Assembly (NCBI GenBank): GCA_037134915.1
Contig: JBAXLJ010000003.1
Location: forward strand, 11,118-75,117
Direction: 5' to 3'
From: Candidatus Falkowbacteria bacterium
GTDB taxonomy: Bacteria > Patescibacteriota > Patescibacteriia > Patescibacteriales > UBA12465
DNA: 64,000 bases
Positions 51,833 to 61,075 of this stretch are shown piece by piece; position 1 is the stretch's first letter; every line of letters begins with the position of its first letter. The translations under genes and the position numbers were made by a program. Under the pieces are notes generated by a model. The model searched no databases. It was not told where the DNA came from and saw nothing but the letters and a program-made list of their open reading frames with translations.

Positions 51833-52534
51833 TTATTTCTTAATTTTTCTAATTAACACCACGAATTCCCCCTTGCCCATGTCCGTATCTGATTTTAGTT
51901 GGGCGGCTAGTTCAGCTGGGGAGCCAAAATAACAAGTTTCAAACATTTTAGTCAGTTCTCGACCAAGCATTACTTCCAATTTTATTTTAGCGGCCGCGCT
52001 AAACAAATCCAATTCTTCCATAAGCTTTAGGATACGGTGCTTGGATTCATAAACGGCCACCGGATGATCTAAGCTTAAAATGTCTTTAATCATTGTCTGC
52101 CGGCCTTTTTTATGTGGCAAAAAGCCCAAGAAAGAAAAGCGGTCGACTGGCCAACCAGAAATAGATAAAGCCGTAATTATGGCTGAGGCCCCCGGAATGC
52201 CTTCAACTTTAGCCTCCTTGCCAAACTCGCGACGCACGCCTTCAATTAAAAAAGCTCCGGGGTCAGAAATTCCCGGGGTTCCAGCATCAGAAACTAAAGC
52301 GAGGTTCTTGCCATCGCTTAACCAACGAATCAATTGATCAATTTTTCCTGCTCCAGAATATTGATGATAGGAAAAGGTCGAGGTTTTAATCTCATAGCGA
52401 TCAAGCAATTTACGAGTGGTTCGAGTATCTTCACACAAGATATAATCCACTTCTTTAAGAATCCTTAAGGCTCGAGCACTGATATCTTCCAGATTACCAA
52501 TCGGAGTGGCAACTACATAAAGAATACCTGGCAT
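51833..52534 (-). CDS. rsmI: 16S rRNA (cytidine1402-2'-O)-methyltransferase
   Basis: 233 aa. LYVVATPIGNLEDISARALRIL...ILCEDTR, DAGTPGISDPG. Confidence 0.9.
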   Translation of the reverse strand: MPGILYVVATPIGNLEDISARALRILKEVDYILCEDTRTTRKLLDRYEIKTSTFSYHQYSGAGKIDQLIRWLSDGKNLALVSDAGTPGISDPGAFLIEGVRREFGKEAKVEGIPGASAIITALSISGWPVDRFSFLGFLPHKKGRQTMIKDILSLDHPVAVYESKHRILKLMEELDLFSAAAKIKLEVMLGRELTKMFETCYFGSPAELAAQLKSDTDMGKGEFVVLIRKIKK

Positions 52535-52546
52535 AATTTGAATAAT

Positions 52547-54253
52547 TTACATATTATCTTTTCTTTCTTTAACATAACGTGTCCAATCATCGGCCACTTC
52601 AACCAAAACTTTAAATGGCGCTTCAATAATAAAGTCAAAAACAAAAATAAAGATATTAACTTTAGAAACATTATTAGATAGCCACTTACCAATTAAGATA
52701 ATCGGCATATAAAATAAATCTAAAAGTAGGGTGATAAGATTTTCGCGGCGCTCTACGACAATTAAATCCTTCACTCCTTTGGTGGTGATAATACTAAAGA
52801 AACTGACAAAGGCCAAAAAGAATAAGAAAATAATAATACTAACCCAATTAAAATGAATTTTAGTTAGCGCCCAGATAACAAAGTAAATGGAAACAAAAAA
52901 GGTGCCAACATAAATAATATTAAAGATCCAATTAATTAAGAATCCGCGGCGATTTTTGGAGCGCAAAATAATTGGCGACTTACGTTCGCTGCCGACAAAA
53001 AACAACTCTTTGACACCTTTGATTATCTTGTCCGTGTTAGCTTCACCCGGGGTTCGAGTTAGAAAAACAATCAGAAACAGTAAAAAAGCGGGAAAAATCA
53101 CATTAATAGCTAGTGACACTGGATTTAGTGGTTCATGAAACCATTGTGTAGCTGGAATTTCTAGAGCAAAAACAAAAATTGATTTAGTGAGAAAAATATA
53201 GGCAATACTTCTCATCGCCACTCGCCACAAACGACTCTTGGCCTTCTTGTATTTATTATTACAAACTTTTTTAACTAAAGCTAAAAAGGTTTTCTCATTA
53301 TTATAAATTTCATTGTAAACCTTGACCGGGTCTGGCTCAATAGTTTCAGCCATTACCATTGAATAAAGAGCGTATTTTCTTGTCACCCGATCCATTTGTT
53401 TGACCAGAGGGTGTTCTAATTGCCGCCAAGTTTCAGTTTTAAGTTCTCTAGTTACTACCGCCACTTTAGCAATATCATCGTCTGATAAATTTTCACTAGT
53501 CCAATTATCGTTATAATATTTAAACAAAACAAAAGACAACATGTCATTGTCAAATTTCTGGTAAGTCCGACAGATGCTTAAATAGGTTTGAATTTCTAGA
53601 TCAGCTTGAAAATTTAAATCATCCGGCAATTTTAAATTATGACTCAAAAAATCATACAGATTAGCTGTCATCGCCTGCTTAACCTTATTAGAACCTAAAC
53701 TTTCTTCAATTTCACACGCCGCTAAAGATAAGATCCAGTCCGTTAAACTATTTTTTTCATTGATTAAATTTTTAACTCGGTTAACATCCTTTTTTATATT
53801 CATTTCTGAATTAATTTTCAGAACGCAAATATTTCTCAACTTAATATATTTATCGAGCATCTTAGCCACTTCAGCAATTTTGGTTTCAGGAATTTTATCA
53901 TTAGGCAAATAACCACCACGAATCATTTCCGTGATCAGGTGTTTAGAGACATCGCTGACATTAACATTTTTGATAGCACCTTCAATTACCACCTGGCGCT
54001 TTAAAATACGAATAATGGCATTCTTACGTAGTAAATGGTCTTCATCGTAATCGATGACATTACGAATTTTTTCATAGAAAAAAGCCACCTTAGAGATAAC
54101 CGTCGAAACGCTAATTTTAGGCGTATCATCATTGTCCCCAACTACCTTTTTATTTTGGTCGCTATAAATGACTTGGAATAGCCTTTTGGCATTCTCGTTA
54201 ATCTCAGCGGGTTTGACTTCTTGGTTTTTCTTGATAAGATTTGGACTTACCAT
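52547..54253 (-). CDS. Hypothetical protein: ~340-aa soluble N-domain plus multi-pass C-terminal membrane domain
   Basis: 568-aa ORF. C-terminal half has about 5-6 TM helices (IAYIFLTKSIFVFALEI, LAINVIFPAFLLFLIVFL, IFNIIYVGTFFVSIYFVIWAL, VSIIIFLFFLAFVSFFSII). No family confidently recognised. Confidence 0.45.
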   Translation of the reverse strand: MVSPNLIKKNQEVKPAEINENAKRLFQVIYSDQNKKVVGDNDDTPKISVSTVISKVAFFYEKIRNVIDYDEDHLLRKNAIIRILKRQVVIEGAIKNVNVSDVSKHLITEMIRGGYLPNDKIPETKIAEVAKMLDKYIKLRNICVLKINSEMNIKKDVNRVKNLINEKNSLTDWILSLAACEIEESLGSNKVKQAMTANLYDFLSHNLKLPDDLNFQADLEIQTYLSICRTYQKFDNDMLSFVLFKYYNDNWTSENLSDDDIAKVAVVTRELKTETWRQLEHPLVKQMDRVTRKYALYSMVMAETIEPDPVKVYNEIYNNEKTFLALVKKVCNNKYKKAKSRLWRVAMRSIAYIFLTKSIFVFALEIPATQWFHEPLNPVSLAINVIFPAFLLFLIVFLTRTPGEANTDKIIKGVKELFFVGSERKSPIILRSKNRRGFLINWIFNIIYVGTFFVSIYFVIWALTKIHFNWVSIIIFLFFLAFVSFFSIITTKGVKDLIVVERRENLITLLLDLFYMPIILIGKWLSNNVSKVNIFIFVFDFIIEAPFKVLVEVADDWTRYVKERKDNM

Positions 54254-54343
54254 ATATAATAGGCTAAAATTAGCATTTTATAAGTAAAAAATGCTTTACT
54301 TCTTAATTTTACCGTCTTTCACTCTTAAAAGCAAATTAACAAG

Positions 54344-54372
54344 TTGACAAGCGTCCATAAGTTATGTATTAT
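54344..54372 (+). promoter_or_regulatory. Sigma70-type promoter for secE-nusG-rplK-rplA
   Basis: TTGACA (54344-54349), 17-nt spacer, TATTAT (54367-54372). Confidence 0.6.
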
Positions 54373-54463
54373 TTTAGGGTATTATAAGTGGCCGACAAGG
54401 CTATTTTTAAATTAAGCAATTTGGTCTTATTTCAAGATCTGGCCAAAAAATTTTTAGTATTTT

Positions 54464-54652
54464 ATGAACAAACTTAGCACTTACATCAAAGAGTCAATTG
54501 AAGAGATGAAAAAGGTGACTTGGCCAACTAAAAAAGAGACTTATCATTACACCCTGCTTATTATTGGCATCAGTTTAGTGATGGCTTTATTTTTGGGTTT
54601 ACTGGACTATGGTTTCAGTGAAGGCATTAAAGCAATTTTATTCAAAATTTAA
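54464..54652 (+). CDS. secE: Preprotein translocase subunit SecE
   Basis: 62 aa. EEMKKVTWPTKKET followed by one TM. Lies immediately upstream of nusG. Confidence 0.88.
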   Translation: MNKLSTYIKESIEEMKKVTWPTKKETYHYTLLIIGISLVMALFLGLLDYGFSEGIKAILFKI

Positions 54653-54728
54653 TCTATAAAAATAGTACATTAGGAGGTCGCTCCAGCTTTTTAACAAAGC
54701 TTAGACCCCTCCGCATGTTGGTACCTTT

Positions 54729-55274
54729 ATGGCCAAACAACTTTTAAATCAAGGCCGCCGCTGGTATGTTCTTCACACCTATTCGGGATATGAAGAAAAT
54801 GTCGCGCAAAACTTGAAGCAAAGAATCGAGTCGCTCGATATGGAGGATAAGATTTTCAGTATTTTAATCCCGACCGAAAAGAAAGTTAAGATTAAAAATG
54901 GTAAACGTAAAGTCGTGGAAGAAAAAATCTTTCCCGGTTACATTCTCGTAGAAATGATGGTAACTGATGAATCTTGGTATATTGTTCGAAACACCCCTAA
55001 TGTCACTGGCTTTATCGGCACCGGCACAATTCCAACCCCGATTCGCGAAGAAGAGGTTGAAGCTCTTAAAAAGCGTATGGGTGTTGAAGATCCTAAATTC
55101 CAGATTGATATCATTATTGGTTCCCCGGTTAAGATTAATGAAGGACCATTTAAAAATATGGAAGGTAAGGTTACGGCAATTGATGAGGCTAAGGGCAAAG
55201 TTAAAGTTAATGTCAACTTATTTGGCCGCGAAACTCCAGTCGAACTCGATTTCTTACAAGTTAAAAAAGTCTAA
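54729..55274 (+). CDS. nusG: Transcription termination/antitermination factor NusG
   Basis: 181 aa. WYVLHTYSGYEENV, FPGYILVEM, and KOW motif (GSPVKINEGPFKNMEGKV). Confidence 0.95.
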   Translation: MAKQLLNQGRRWYVLHTYSGYEENVAQNLKQRIESLDMEDKIFSILIPTEKKVKIKNGKRKVVEEKIFPGYILVEMMVTDESWYIVRNTPNVTGFIGTGTIPTPIREEEVEALKKRMGVEDPKFQIDIIIGSPVKINEGPFKNMEGKVTAIDEAKGKVKVNVNLFGRETPVELDFLQVKKV

Positions 55275-55327
55275 TATAAAATACACTGTAAGGGGAATGC
55301 TTCTGCCCCAAACTAGTAAACACATTT

Positions 55328-55756
55328 ATGGCTAAGAAAATAAAAACTAAAATAAAATTACAGATTATTGGCGGTCACGCTAATCCAGCCCCACCTATTG
55401 GTCCGGCTTTAGGCCAACACGGTTTAAACATTGCCGAATTCTGTCAGAAATTTAACGACGCCACTCGCGCCGATAAAATGGGCGATGTCGTACCAGTCGA
55501 AATTACCGTTTACGAAGACCGGACTTATGATTTTATCATGAAGACCGCTCCAGCCTCAGAATTAATTAAGAAGGCGGCAAAAATTACCAAAGGATCTGGT
55601 AAACCACTGACTGACAAAGTTGGTTCAATTACTAACGCTCAGTTACGGGAAATTGCTGAAAAGAAAATGACTGATTTAAGCGCTAATTCAGTGGAAGCGG
55701 CGATGAATACTATTGCCGGCACCGCTCGTAATATGGGCGTAACCATTAAAGATTAA
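55328..55756 (+). CDS. rplK: 50S ribosomal protein L11
   Basis: 142 aa. [35 protein letters not shown]. Confidence 0.96.
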   Translation: MAKKIKTKIKLQIIGGHANPAPPIGPALGQHGLNIAEFCQKFNDATRADKMGDVVPVEITVYEDRTYDFIMKTAPASELIKKAAKITKGSGKPLTDKVGSITNAQLREIAEKKMTDLSANSVEAAMNTIAGTARNMGVTIKD

Positions 55757-55808
55757 TAATTTATTTATTGTGGGAGTCTTTTAAGACGTCCGCACCACAA
55801 AAAATCAT

Positions 55809-56552
55809 ATGAAAAAAGAAGAAACCAAGGTTGAAAAAAAGGAAGAAAAAAAAGTTGCAGCAGCTCCTAAAAAAGTAGTTAAGAAAGTTAAAAACTTATC
55901 CGCTATTTATGAGGCCAACAAAACTTACAGTATTGCTGAAGCTTTAGAAATCGTAAAGAAAATTACTACTACTAAATTTGATTCCTCTGTTGAGGTTCAT
56001 TTCCGTTTGGGCATCAACCCTAAAAAAGGTGACCAACAAGTTCGTGGCGCTGTTTCCCTACCTAATGGTACCGGTAAAACCGTTCGTGTTGCTGCCTTTG
56101 TCTCCCCAGAAAACGAAAAGGCCGCTAAAGAAGCGGGGGCTGATTTAGTTGGCAGCGATGAACTGATTGAAGAAATTAAAAAAACTGGTAAGACTGACTT
56201 TGAAGTCGCCGTGGCTGAACCAGCAATGATGAGAAATTTAGCTTCGATTGCTAAAATCTTAGGTACTCGTGGACTCATGCCTTCTCCTAAAAATGACACT
56301 GTGACCCCAAACGTGGCTAATGCTGTCTCCGAACTTAAGAAGGGTAAAATTAGCTACAAGAACGACGACACCGCTAATTTACACTGTTTGATCGGTAAAG
56401 TTAGCTTTGAAACTTCTAAATTGGTTGAGAATTTCACGGTTTTAATTGATAATGTCAGAAAAGCTAAACCGTCCTCCGCTAAAGGTTCTTATATCAAGGC
56501 TGTTAGCATCTGTTCTTCAATGAGCAAAGGAGTTAAGGTTATCGTTTCCTAA
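55809..56552 (+). CDS. rplA: 50S ribosomal protein L1 (with K/E-rich N-terminal extension)
   Basis: 247 aa. FDSSVEVHFRLGINPKKGDQQVRGAVSLPNGTGK. About 25 extra K/E-rich residues at the N-terminus with no internal alternative start. Confidence 0.95.
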   Translation: MKKEETKVEKKEEKKVAAAPKKVVKKVKNLSAIYEANKTYSIAEALEIVKKITTTKFDSSVEVHFRLGINPKKGDQQVRGAVSLPNGTGKTVRVAAFVSPENEKAAKEAGADLVGSDELIEEIKKTGKTDFEVAVAEPAMMRNLASIAKILGTRGLMPSPKNDTVTPNVANAVSELKKGKISYKNDDTANLHCLIGKVSFETSKLVENFTVLIDNVRKAKPSSAKGSYIKAVSICSSMSKGVKVIVS

Positions 56553-56577
56553 TACTTAGATTTACTTCTATATAAAA

Positions 56578-56608
56578 ATAAGCCCCATTAATTTGGGGCT
56601 TATTTTTT
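56578..56608 (+). terminator. Rho-independent terminator after rplA
   Basis: ataagcccca (56578-56587) pairs with tggggcttat (56594-56603), followed by a T-run. Confidence 0.8.
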
Positions 56609-56612
56609 AAAT

Positions 56613-56644
56613 AAAAAACGGTGGACTTTGTGTCGCACCGTTTT
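56613..56644 (-). terminator. Terminator for the 56649-57155 gene
   Basis: Minus-sense acggtg/caccgt stem (56641-56618), followed by a U-run (plus-strand A-run 56613-56618). Confidence 0.6.
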
Positions 56645-56648
56645 ATTA

Positions 56649-57155
56649 TTAAAGCTTCGCAATAAATTCTTTTTTAAATACCATCGGAAAATCATGAGTT
56701 CTCATAAAACTAGGATCATCCTCGTAAGGCATAAATTCAACCTCACGCGAAAAAGGATGAAAAAGGATAAATGAAAAGTGATTAATATCATTTTCATCTC
56801 TCGAAACAGTGTCTCCTAAAAACATGAGTGTTTCCAAGCGATCTTCAGGATAATTCATTTCTAAATCAAAGGCTAATAATTCTAGCTCCCTCAAAGCTAT
56901 CTTATTTTCATAGATAGCTTTAGCGCAATAAGAATCCAAGGGGATTCGACCAGCATCAAGAATCATTTTCTGAAATTCTGAGGCTCGATGGGTAACACTA
57001 GTCCAAACTCTGATAATTTCCAAATCATCTATGGTAAATTCTGAAATTTTAGCTGCAACTTCGTTCGACTGACGAATTTCGAAAGCCCCATACATGGCCA
57101 CCACTTCTTCCGGAAAAGAAAAAGGGGTATTTCTGTCTACAATTATTTTTTCCAT
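56649..57155 (-). CDS. Hypothetical cytosolic protein
   Basis: 168-aa ORF with its own terminator. No family recognised. Confidence 0.4.
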   Translation of the reverse strand: MEKIIVDRNTPFSFPEEVVAMYGAFEIRQSNEVAAKISEFTIDDLEIIRVWTSVTHRASEFQKMILDAGRIPLDSYCAKAIYENKIALRELELLAFDLEMNYPEDRLETLMFLGDTVSRDENDINHFSFILFHPFSREVEFMPYEDDPSFMRTHDFPMVFKKEFIAKL

Positions 57156-57227
57156 TATAATTTTTTTTAATGTTCGGTTTATTTATAGGCACAACTTACC
57201 AAAATTTATTGCGTTTTGTCAATATCG

Positions 57228-57255
57228 TTGACAATCCGACGCCAAATGTTATAAT
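57228..57255 (+). promoter_or_regulatory. Sigma70-type promoter (extended -10) for the RRM protein gene
   Basis: TTGACA (57228-57233), 16-nt spacer, TGtTATAAT (57247-57255). Confidence 0.65.
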
Positions 57256-57384
57256 AATTTTCGTAAGTATTCTAAAAGATATAGAGGTGGTAACACTATC
57301 TATTTATTAACTAGGAAAAGGTCGTCTTACCTTTTTAAACAGAAGTTATTTCCCGTTAAACGGAAATGACTAAGAATAAAAACC

Positions 57385-57642
57385 ATGAAGAAATTATTCG
57401 TTGGCGGATTATCTTGGGGCACTACTGATGAGTCCTTAGCTGCCGCTTTTTCCCAGGCTGGTAGCGTTATGTCCGCGGTTGTTATCAAGGACAAAATGAC
57501 TCACCGCTCCAAGGGTTTTGGTTTCGTTGAAATGACAAATGATGATGAAGCAGATGCTGCTATCTTAATGTGGAACAATCAAGAAATTGATGGTCGCCGC
57601 GTTGTCGTAAACGAAGCTCGCCCTCTTGAAAAGAGATTCTAA
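57385..57642 (+). CDS. RRM-type (RNP-1/RNP-2) RNA-binding protein
   Basis: 85 aa. RNP-2 LFVGGL and RNP-1 KGFGFVEM. Confidence 0.9.
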   Translation: MKKLFVGGLSWGTTDESLAAAFSQAGSVMSAVVIKDKMTHRSKGFGFVEMTNDDEADAAILMWNNQEIDGRRVVVNEARPLEKRF

Positions 57643-57690
57643 CTTTTCAACACTTCAGTCTAAAAAATTCTTTTGAAGATATAGCTGAAT

Positions 57691-57724
57691 AAAAAAACAT
57701 CCGCTACTTAGCGGATGTTTTTTA
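57691..57724. terminator. Bidirectional terminator between the RRM gene and nifU-like gene
   Basis: A7, acatccgc (57697-57704) pairs with gcggatgt (57711-57718), T6. Confidence 0.8.
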
Positions 57725-57735
57725 TATAAAGATAA

Positions 57736-58119
57736 TTATTTTTCTGATTGTTTTTCTTCGTAAGCATCAATTACTTTTTTTAGACCTTCGGAGGCCAGAA
57801 TAGAACAGTGAATCTTTTGCTTAGGTAATCCGCCGAGCTCATCAACAATTTCCTGCCATTTAAAATTCTTAGCTTCCTCTAAAGTCATACCTTTAACTCG
57901 TTCGGTCATAATCGAAGCCGTAGCAATATTAGAGGCACAACCAAAAGATAAGAACTTAATATCTTTAACCTTGCCATCTTTAACTTTTAAAGAAAAAGAT
58001 AGTTGATCGCCGCAGACCATGCTGCCGACATCAGCGGTGGCGTCCGGGTTTTTCATTTCCCCGATATTCTTGGGATGCAAGAAATGCTCCACCGTTTTTT
58101 TAGTATAATTAAGTGACAT
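57736..58119 (-). CDS. Fe-S cluster assembly scaffold (IscU/NifU N-terminal type)
   Basis: 127 aa. Three conserved Cys contexts (GSMVCGD, SFGCASNIATAS, HCSILA). Confidence 0.88.
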   Translation of the reverse strand: MSLNYTKKTVEHFLHPKNIGEMKNPDATADVGSMVCGDQLSFSLKVKDGKVKDIKFLSFGCASNIATASIMTERVKGMTLEEAKNFKWQEIVDELGGLPKQKIHCSILASEGLKKVIDAYEEKQSEK

Positions 58120-58123
58120 ATAG

Positions 58124-59278
58124 TTATTTTTTAATGGGCGTAAATTTTCTCAAACGCCTAATAGTTTTTTTTAAAGCTTCGACCGTGTAGTCGAGTTCTC
58201 TTTTTTCGTTAAATTTTCCTAGGGTAAATCTAATATTACTGTTTAAATTGTCCAGCGTCAAGCCAACCGCCTGCAAGACATAAGAAGTCTTTAAATTATG
58301 TGCGCTGCAAGCTGAGCCTGTGGAGACGCAAATACCTTTCATTGACAAATCCATTAAAATTGCTTCCCCCTCAATTCGAGAAAATAAAATATTTAGATTA
58401 TTGGGTGTACGATATTCTAAGCTGCCATTTAAATGCACTTCTGGTATTTCGGTTTTAATTCTGGACCAGAAATAATCGCGAAGTTCACGAACCTGATTAA
58501 CGCTTTTGTCTCGTTCCTGGTAGGCCAGTTCCAACGCGGAGGCTAACCCCACTATGCCGGCTATATTATAAGTTCCCGCCCTAAAACCATTTTCTTGCTC
58601 GCCACCAATAATCAGGGGTTCAACTTTAATTTTATAATTTAAATAAGCCAGCCCCACCCCCTTTGGTCCGTGAAACTTGTGAGCGCTAAGACTAGCAAAA
58701 TCCAAACCTAAATCTTCAATATTAATATTGAGGTAAGGAATCGCTTGAACAATATCACTGTGAAAATAGGCCCCTTTATCGTGAACCAGCTTGGCAATTG
58801 ACTTAATATCTTGAATCGTCCCAATTTCGTTATTAACCAACATGACCGACACCAAGACCGTGTCCGGACGAATCATTTTTTCTAGGGCGATTAAATCAAT
58901 CAGGCCGTCAGAATTAACGGGAGCAATATCTAACTCAAAACCTAATTTAATCAGCTGCCGGGCGCTCTGTAAGACGCAAGGATGTTCAATCGCTGATACG
59001 ATAAGATGTTTACCTTTATCAGTATTAGCTAACATTACACCTTTAATAATTAAATTATTAGCCTCACTGGCACCACTAGTAAAAATGAAGTTTCGAGCCG
59101 GAGCCCCTAATATTTTGGACACCTTTTCTCGAGCCGCCTCTAAAACTAGATTATTCTTCTGCCCCATATAATGAATCGAGGAAGCGTTACCGTATTCACT
59201 GGTCAAATATGGCTTCATATCAGCTAAAACTCGGGGGTCAAGCCGGGTAGTCGCCGCATTATCTAAATATATTTTCAT
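58124..59278 (-). CDS. Cysteine desulfurase (NifS/IscS class V aminotransferase)
   Basis: 384 aa. YLDNAATT, PLP-lysine SAHKFHGPKGVG, active-site loop SSGSACS-like (STGSACS). Confidence 0.92.
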   Translation of the reverse strand: MKIYLDNAATTRLDPRVLADMKPYLTSEYGNASSIHYMGQKNNLVLEAAREKVSKILGAPARNFIFTSGASEANNLIIKGVMLANTDKGKHLIVSAIEHPCVLQSARQLIKLGFELDIAPVNSDGLIDLIALEKMIRPDTVLVSVMLVNNEIGTIQDIKSIAKLVHDKGAYFHSDIVQAIPYLNINIEDLGLDFASLSAHKFHGPKGVGLAYLNYKIKVEPLIIGGEQENGFRAGTYNIAGIVGLASALELAYQERDKSVNQVRELRDYFWSRIKTEIPEVHLNGSLEYRTPNNLNILFSRIEGEAILMDLSMKGICVSTGSACSAHNLKTSYVLQAVGLTLDNLNSNIRFTLGKFNEKRELDYTVEALKKTIRRLRKFTPIKK

Positions 59279-59340
59279 AAATCTTAAATATTATTATAAG
59301 TTACTTCATTATAGACGATTTGTCTGATTTTGGGGAGATA

Positions 59341-59369
59341 TTGACAAAAACAATATAAAATGATATTAT
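59341..59369 (+). promoter_or_regulatory. Sigma70-type promoter for the 59415 gene
   Basis: TTGACA (59341-59346), 17-nt spacer, TATTAT (59364-59369). Confidence 0.6.
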
Positions 59370-59414
59370 CATCTTACAAACTCGTCCATTAATAACTTAA
59401 AAAATAAATGAATC

Positions 59415-60254
59415 ATGAAAAAACTAGGAGCTTTTTTGATGGCGTTAAGCCTAATTATTATTCTCTTTTCTGGCTGTAATCACCCCAGAGAATTAAAACC
59501 GGAAACTACAAAAATTACTAAATTTGACGGTAATACAATTCATGTATTTACAGAGACCAGCAAAGTTTCCCTGGATTCAAGTCTCTTATGCAGGGCTGAG
59601 AAAAAAGAAAAAATCCTGTGGTCTTACCAAAACCCTGGTAAAAAGATAGAATTCAGTAGCGATATCGATGTGGATTACTTAGCAAAGAGCCTCTGGACAA
59701 AATCAAATATTACCAAAAAATTGACTTTAATTAGTTATGACCAAAAACAAGGGAAAATTATTCCTGAAATTTTTATAGAAAAAAGGGTTCTAATTAACTG
59801 GATTCCAATATCCATGTTCCTAATTCTATTTATTGGTTTGGTAATAAGTGCTCTGGGAAAGGATCCGAAAGGAAACACTTTGATTTTATTTTTTACAGTC
59901 TGTAAGTTCGTGCTATTAATTAATATTTTTCTACCAGACTACGATTCAAATCTAGAAGTTGTTTTAATATCAGCAGCAGGAACTATAATTTTTCTTTTTG
60001 TTTTGATGATTATGGCTTTTGTCATTGAAAGTTTTCAAGGCAACAAAATTCCGATGCCTTATCAGCAAAACAATGGTTCATTGGTTCTCGCTTACGCTTT
60101 TGCTTGCGCCCTTGATTTTGTCAGATTTACCAATTTATCTGGTGCATTACATTATGTGTTTTTAATTTTTTTATCTCCTTATTTAATTGCCTGGTCGGTA
60201 ATGGGGATTAAAACAATAATTAAAAAAAGACCACAGTTAAAACGAGTGAACTAA
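59415..60254 (+). CDS. Hypothetical lipoprotein-like protein with C-terminal multi-TM domain
   Basis: 279 aa. Lipobox-like LFSGC. About 110-aa exported domain followed by about 4-5 TM helices. Confidence 0.45.
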   Translation: MKKLGAFLMALSLIIILFSGCNHPRELKPETTKITKFDGNTIHVFTETSKVSLDSSLLCRAEKKEKILWSYQNPGKKIEFSSDIDVDYLAKSLWTKSNITKKLTLISYDQKQGKIIPEIFIEKRVLINWIPISMFLILFIGLVISALGKDPKGNTLILFFTVCKFVLLINIFLPDYDSNLEVVLISAAGTIIFLFVLMIMAFVIESFQGNKIPMPYQQNNGSLVLAYAFACALDFVRFTNLSGALHYVFLIFLSPYLIAWSVMGIKTIIKKRPQLKRVN

Positions 60255-60255
60255 T

Positions 60256-60287
60256 AAAAAGGCCCGAAAAAAATTCGGGCCTTCTTT
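60256..60287. terminator. Bidirectional terminator
   Basis: aggcccgaa (60260-60268), A5 loop, ttcgggcct (60274-60282). Lies between convergent genes. Confidence 0.7.
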
Positions 60288-60304
60288 GTATCCATTATAT
60301 TTAC

Positions 60305-61066
60305 TTATTTAACTAATTCAATGTTCTTAACAACGATATCTTTAGTTGGTAAATCACGAGCCCCAGTTTCAGTATTACCAATAGTTTGGACAATATCCAT
60401 ACCCTTAACTACTTCCCCGAAATTAGTGTGAACGCCATCAAGCCAAGGAGTTTCGGTGGCAGTGACAATAAAAAATTGAGAACCATTAGTTCCAGGACCA
60501 GAATTAGCCATCGCTAGGCTACCAGCAACTAATTTATGACTATTAAATTCATCAGCAAAACGATAAGCTGGGCCGCCGGTGCCATAAACAGAGGTGTCAG
60601 TCCCCTTAGACAGCGGATCGCCACCCTGAATCATAAAATCTTTAATCACTCGATGAAATTTAGTGTCATTATAGAAGCCTGATTTAGCTAGATTCATAAA
60701 ATTATTCACCGTTATTGGTGATTCGGGATAGAATTTTACTTCAATGTTGCCCTCATTAGTTTTAATAATGGCAGCTGAATAATCTTTAAATAAATCGGTT
60801 TGCCCGTCTAAAGTTCTGGTCATAGTTTTAGTAATAGCTGAACTGGTAGCAATGTCGCTAACGGGTTCAGTCTGATTTATTGTATTAGTTGCTTCGGTAA
60901 TCGGGACCACTGGCGCCTCGGCCAGGTTATCGCCGCTTGCCCCAGTATTATCAGTGGCTCCATAAGAGTCGGTACCATTTAAATTTTCACTATCATTTTT
61001 AGTTCCGCAAGCGGACAGCGTTAGCGCTAGTGCTAAAACGCCAATCATAATTGGAATTTTTTTCAT
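60305..61066 (-). CDS. Cyclophilin-type peptidyl-prolyl isomerase, lipoprotein
   Basis: 253 aa. Lipobox LSACG. FHRVIKDFMIQGGDP ... GSQFFI motifs. Confidence 0.9.
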   Translation of the reverse strand: MKKIPIMIGVLALALTLSACGTKNDSENLNGTDSYGATDNTGASGDNLAEAPVVPITEATNTINQTEPVSDIATSSAITKTMTRTLDGQTDLFKDYSAAIIKTNEGNIEVKFYPESPITVNNFMNLAKSGFYNDTKFHRVIKDFMIQGGDPLSKGTDTSVYGTGGPAYRFADEFNSHKLVAGSLAMANSGPGTNGSQFFIVTATETPWLDGVHTNFGEVVKGMDIVQTIGNTETGARDLPTKDIVVKNIELVK

Positions 61067-61075
61067 ACTGATTAT

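Noticed and set aside
54254-54463. Expected a tRNA (often tRNA-Trp) upstream of secE. Also scanned the other intergenic gaps for tRNA, tmRNA, SRP RNA and rRNA.
   Set aside because: No cloverleaf-compatible sequence was seen in any gap: no GTTCGAATC-type T-arm and no acceptor-stem complementarity. This gap contains only a consensus promoter and an AT-rich leader. A tRNAscan-SE/Infernal run would be the definitive check.
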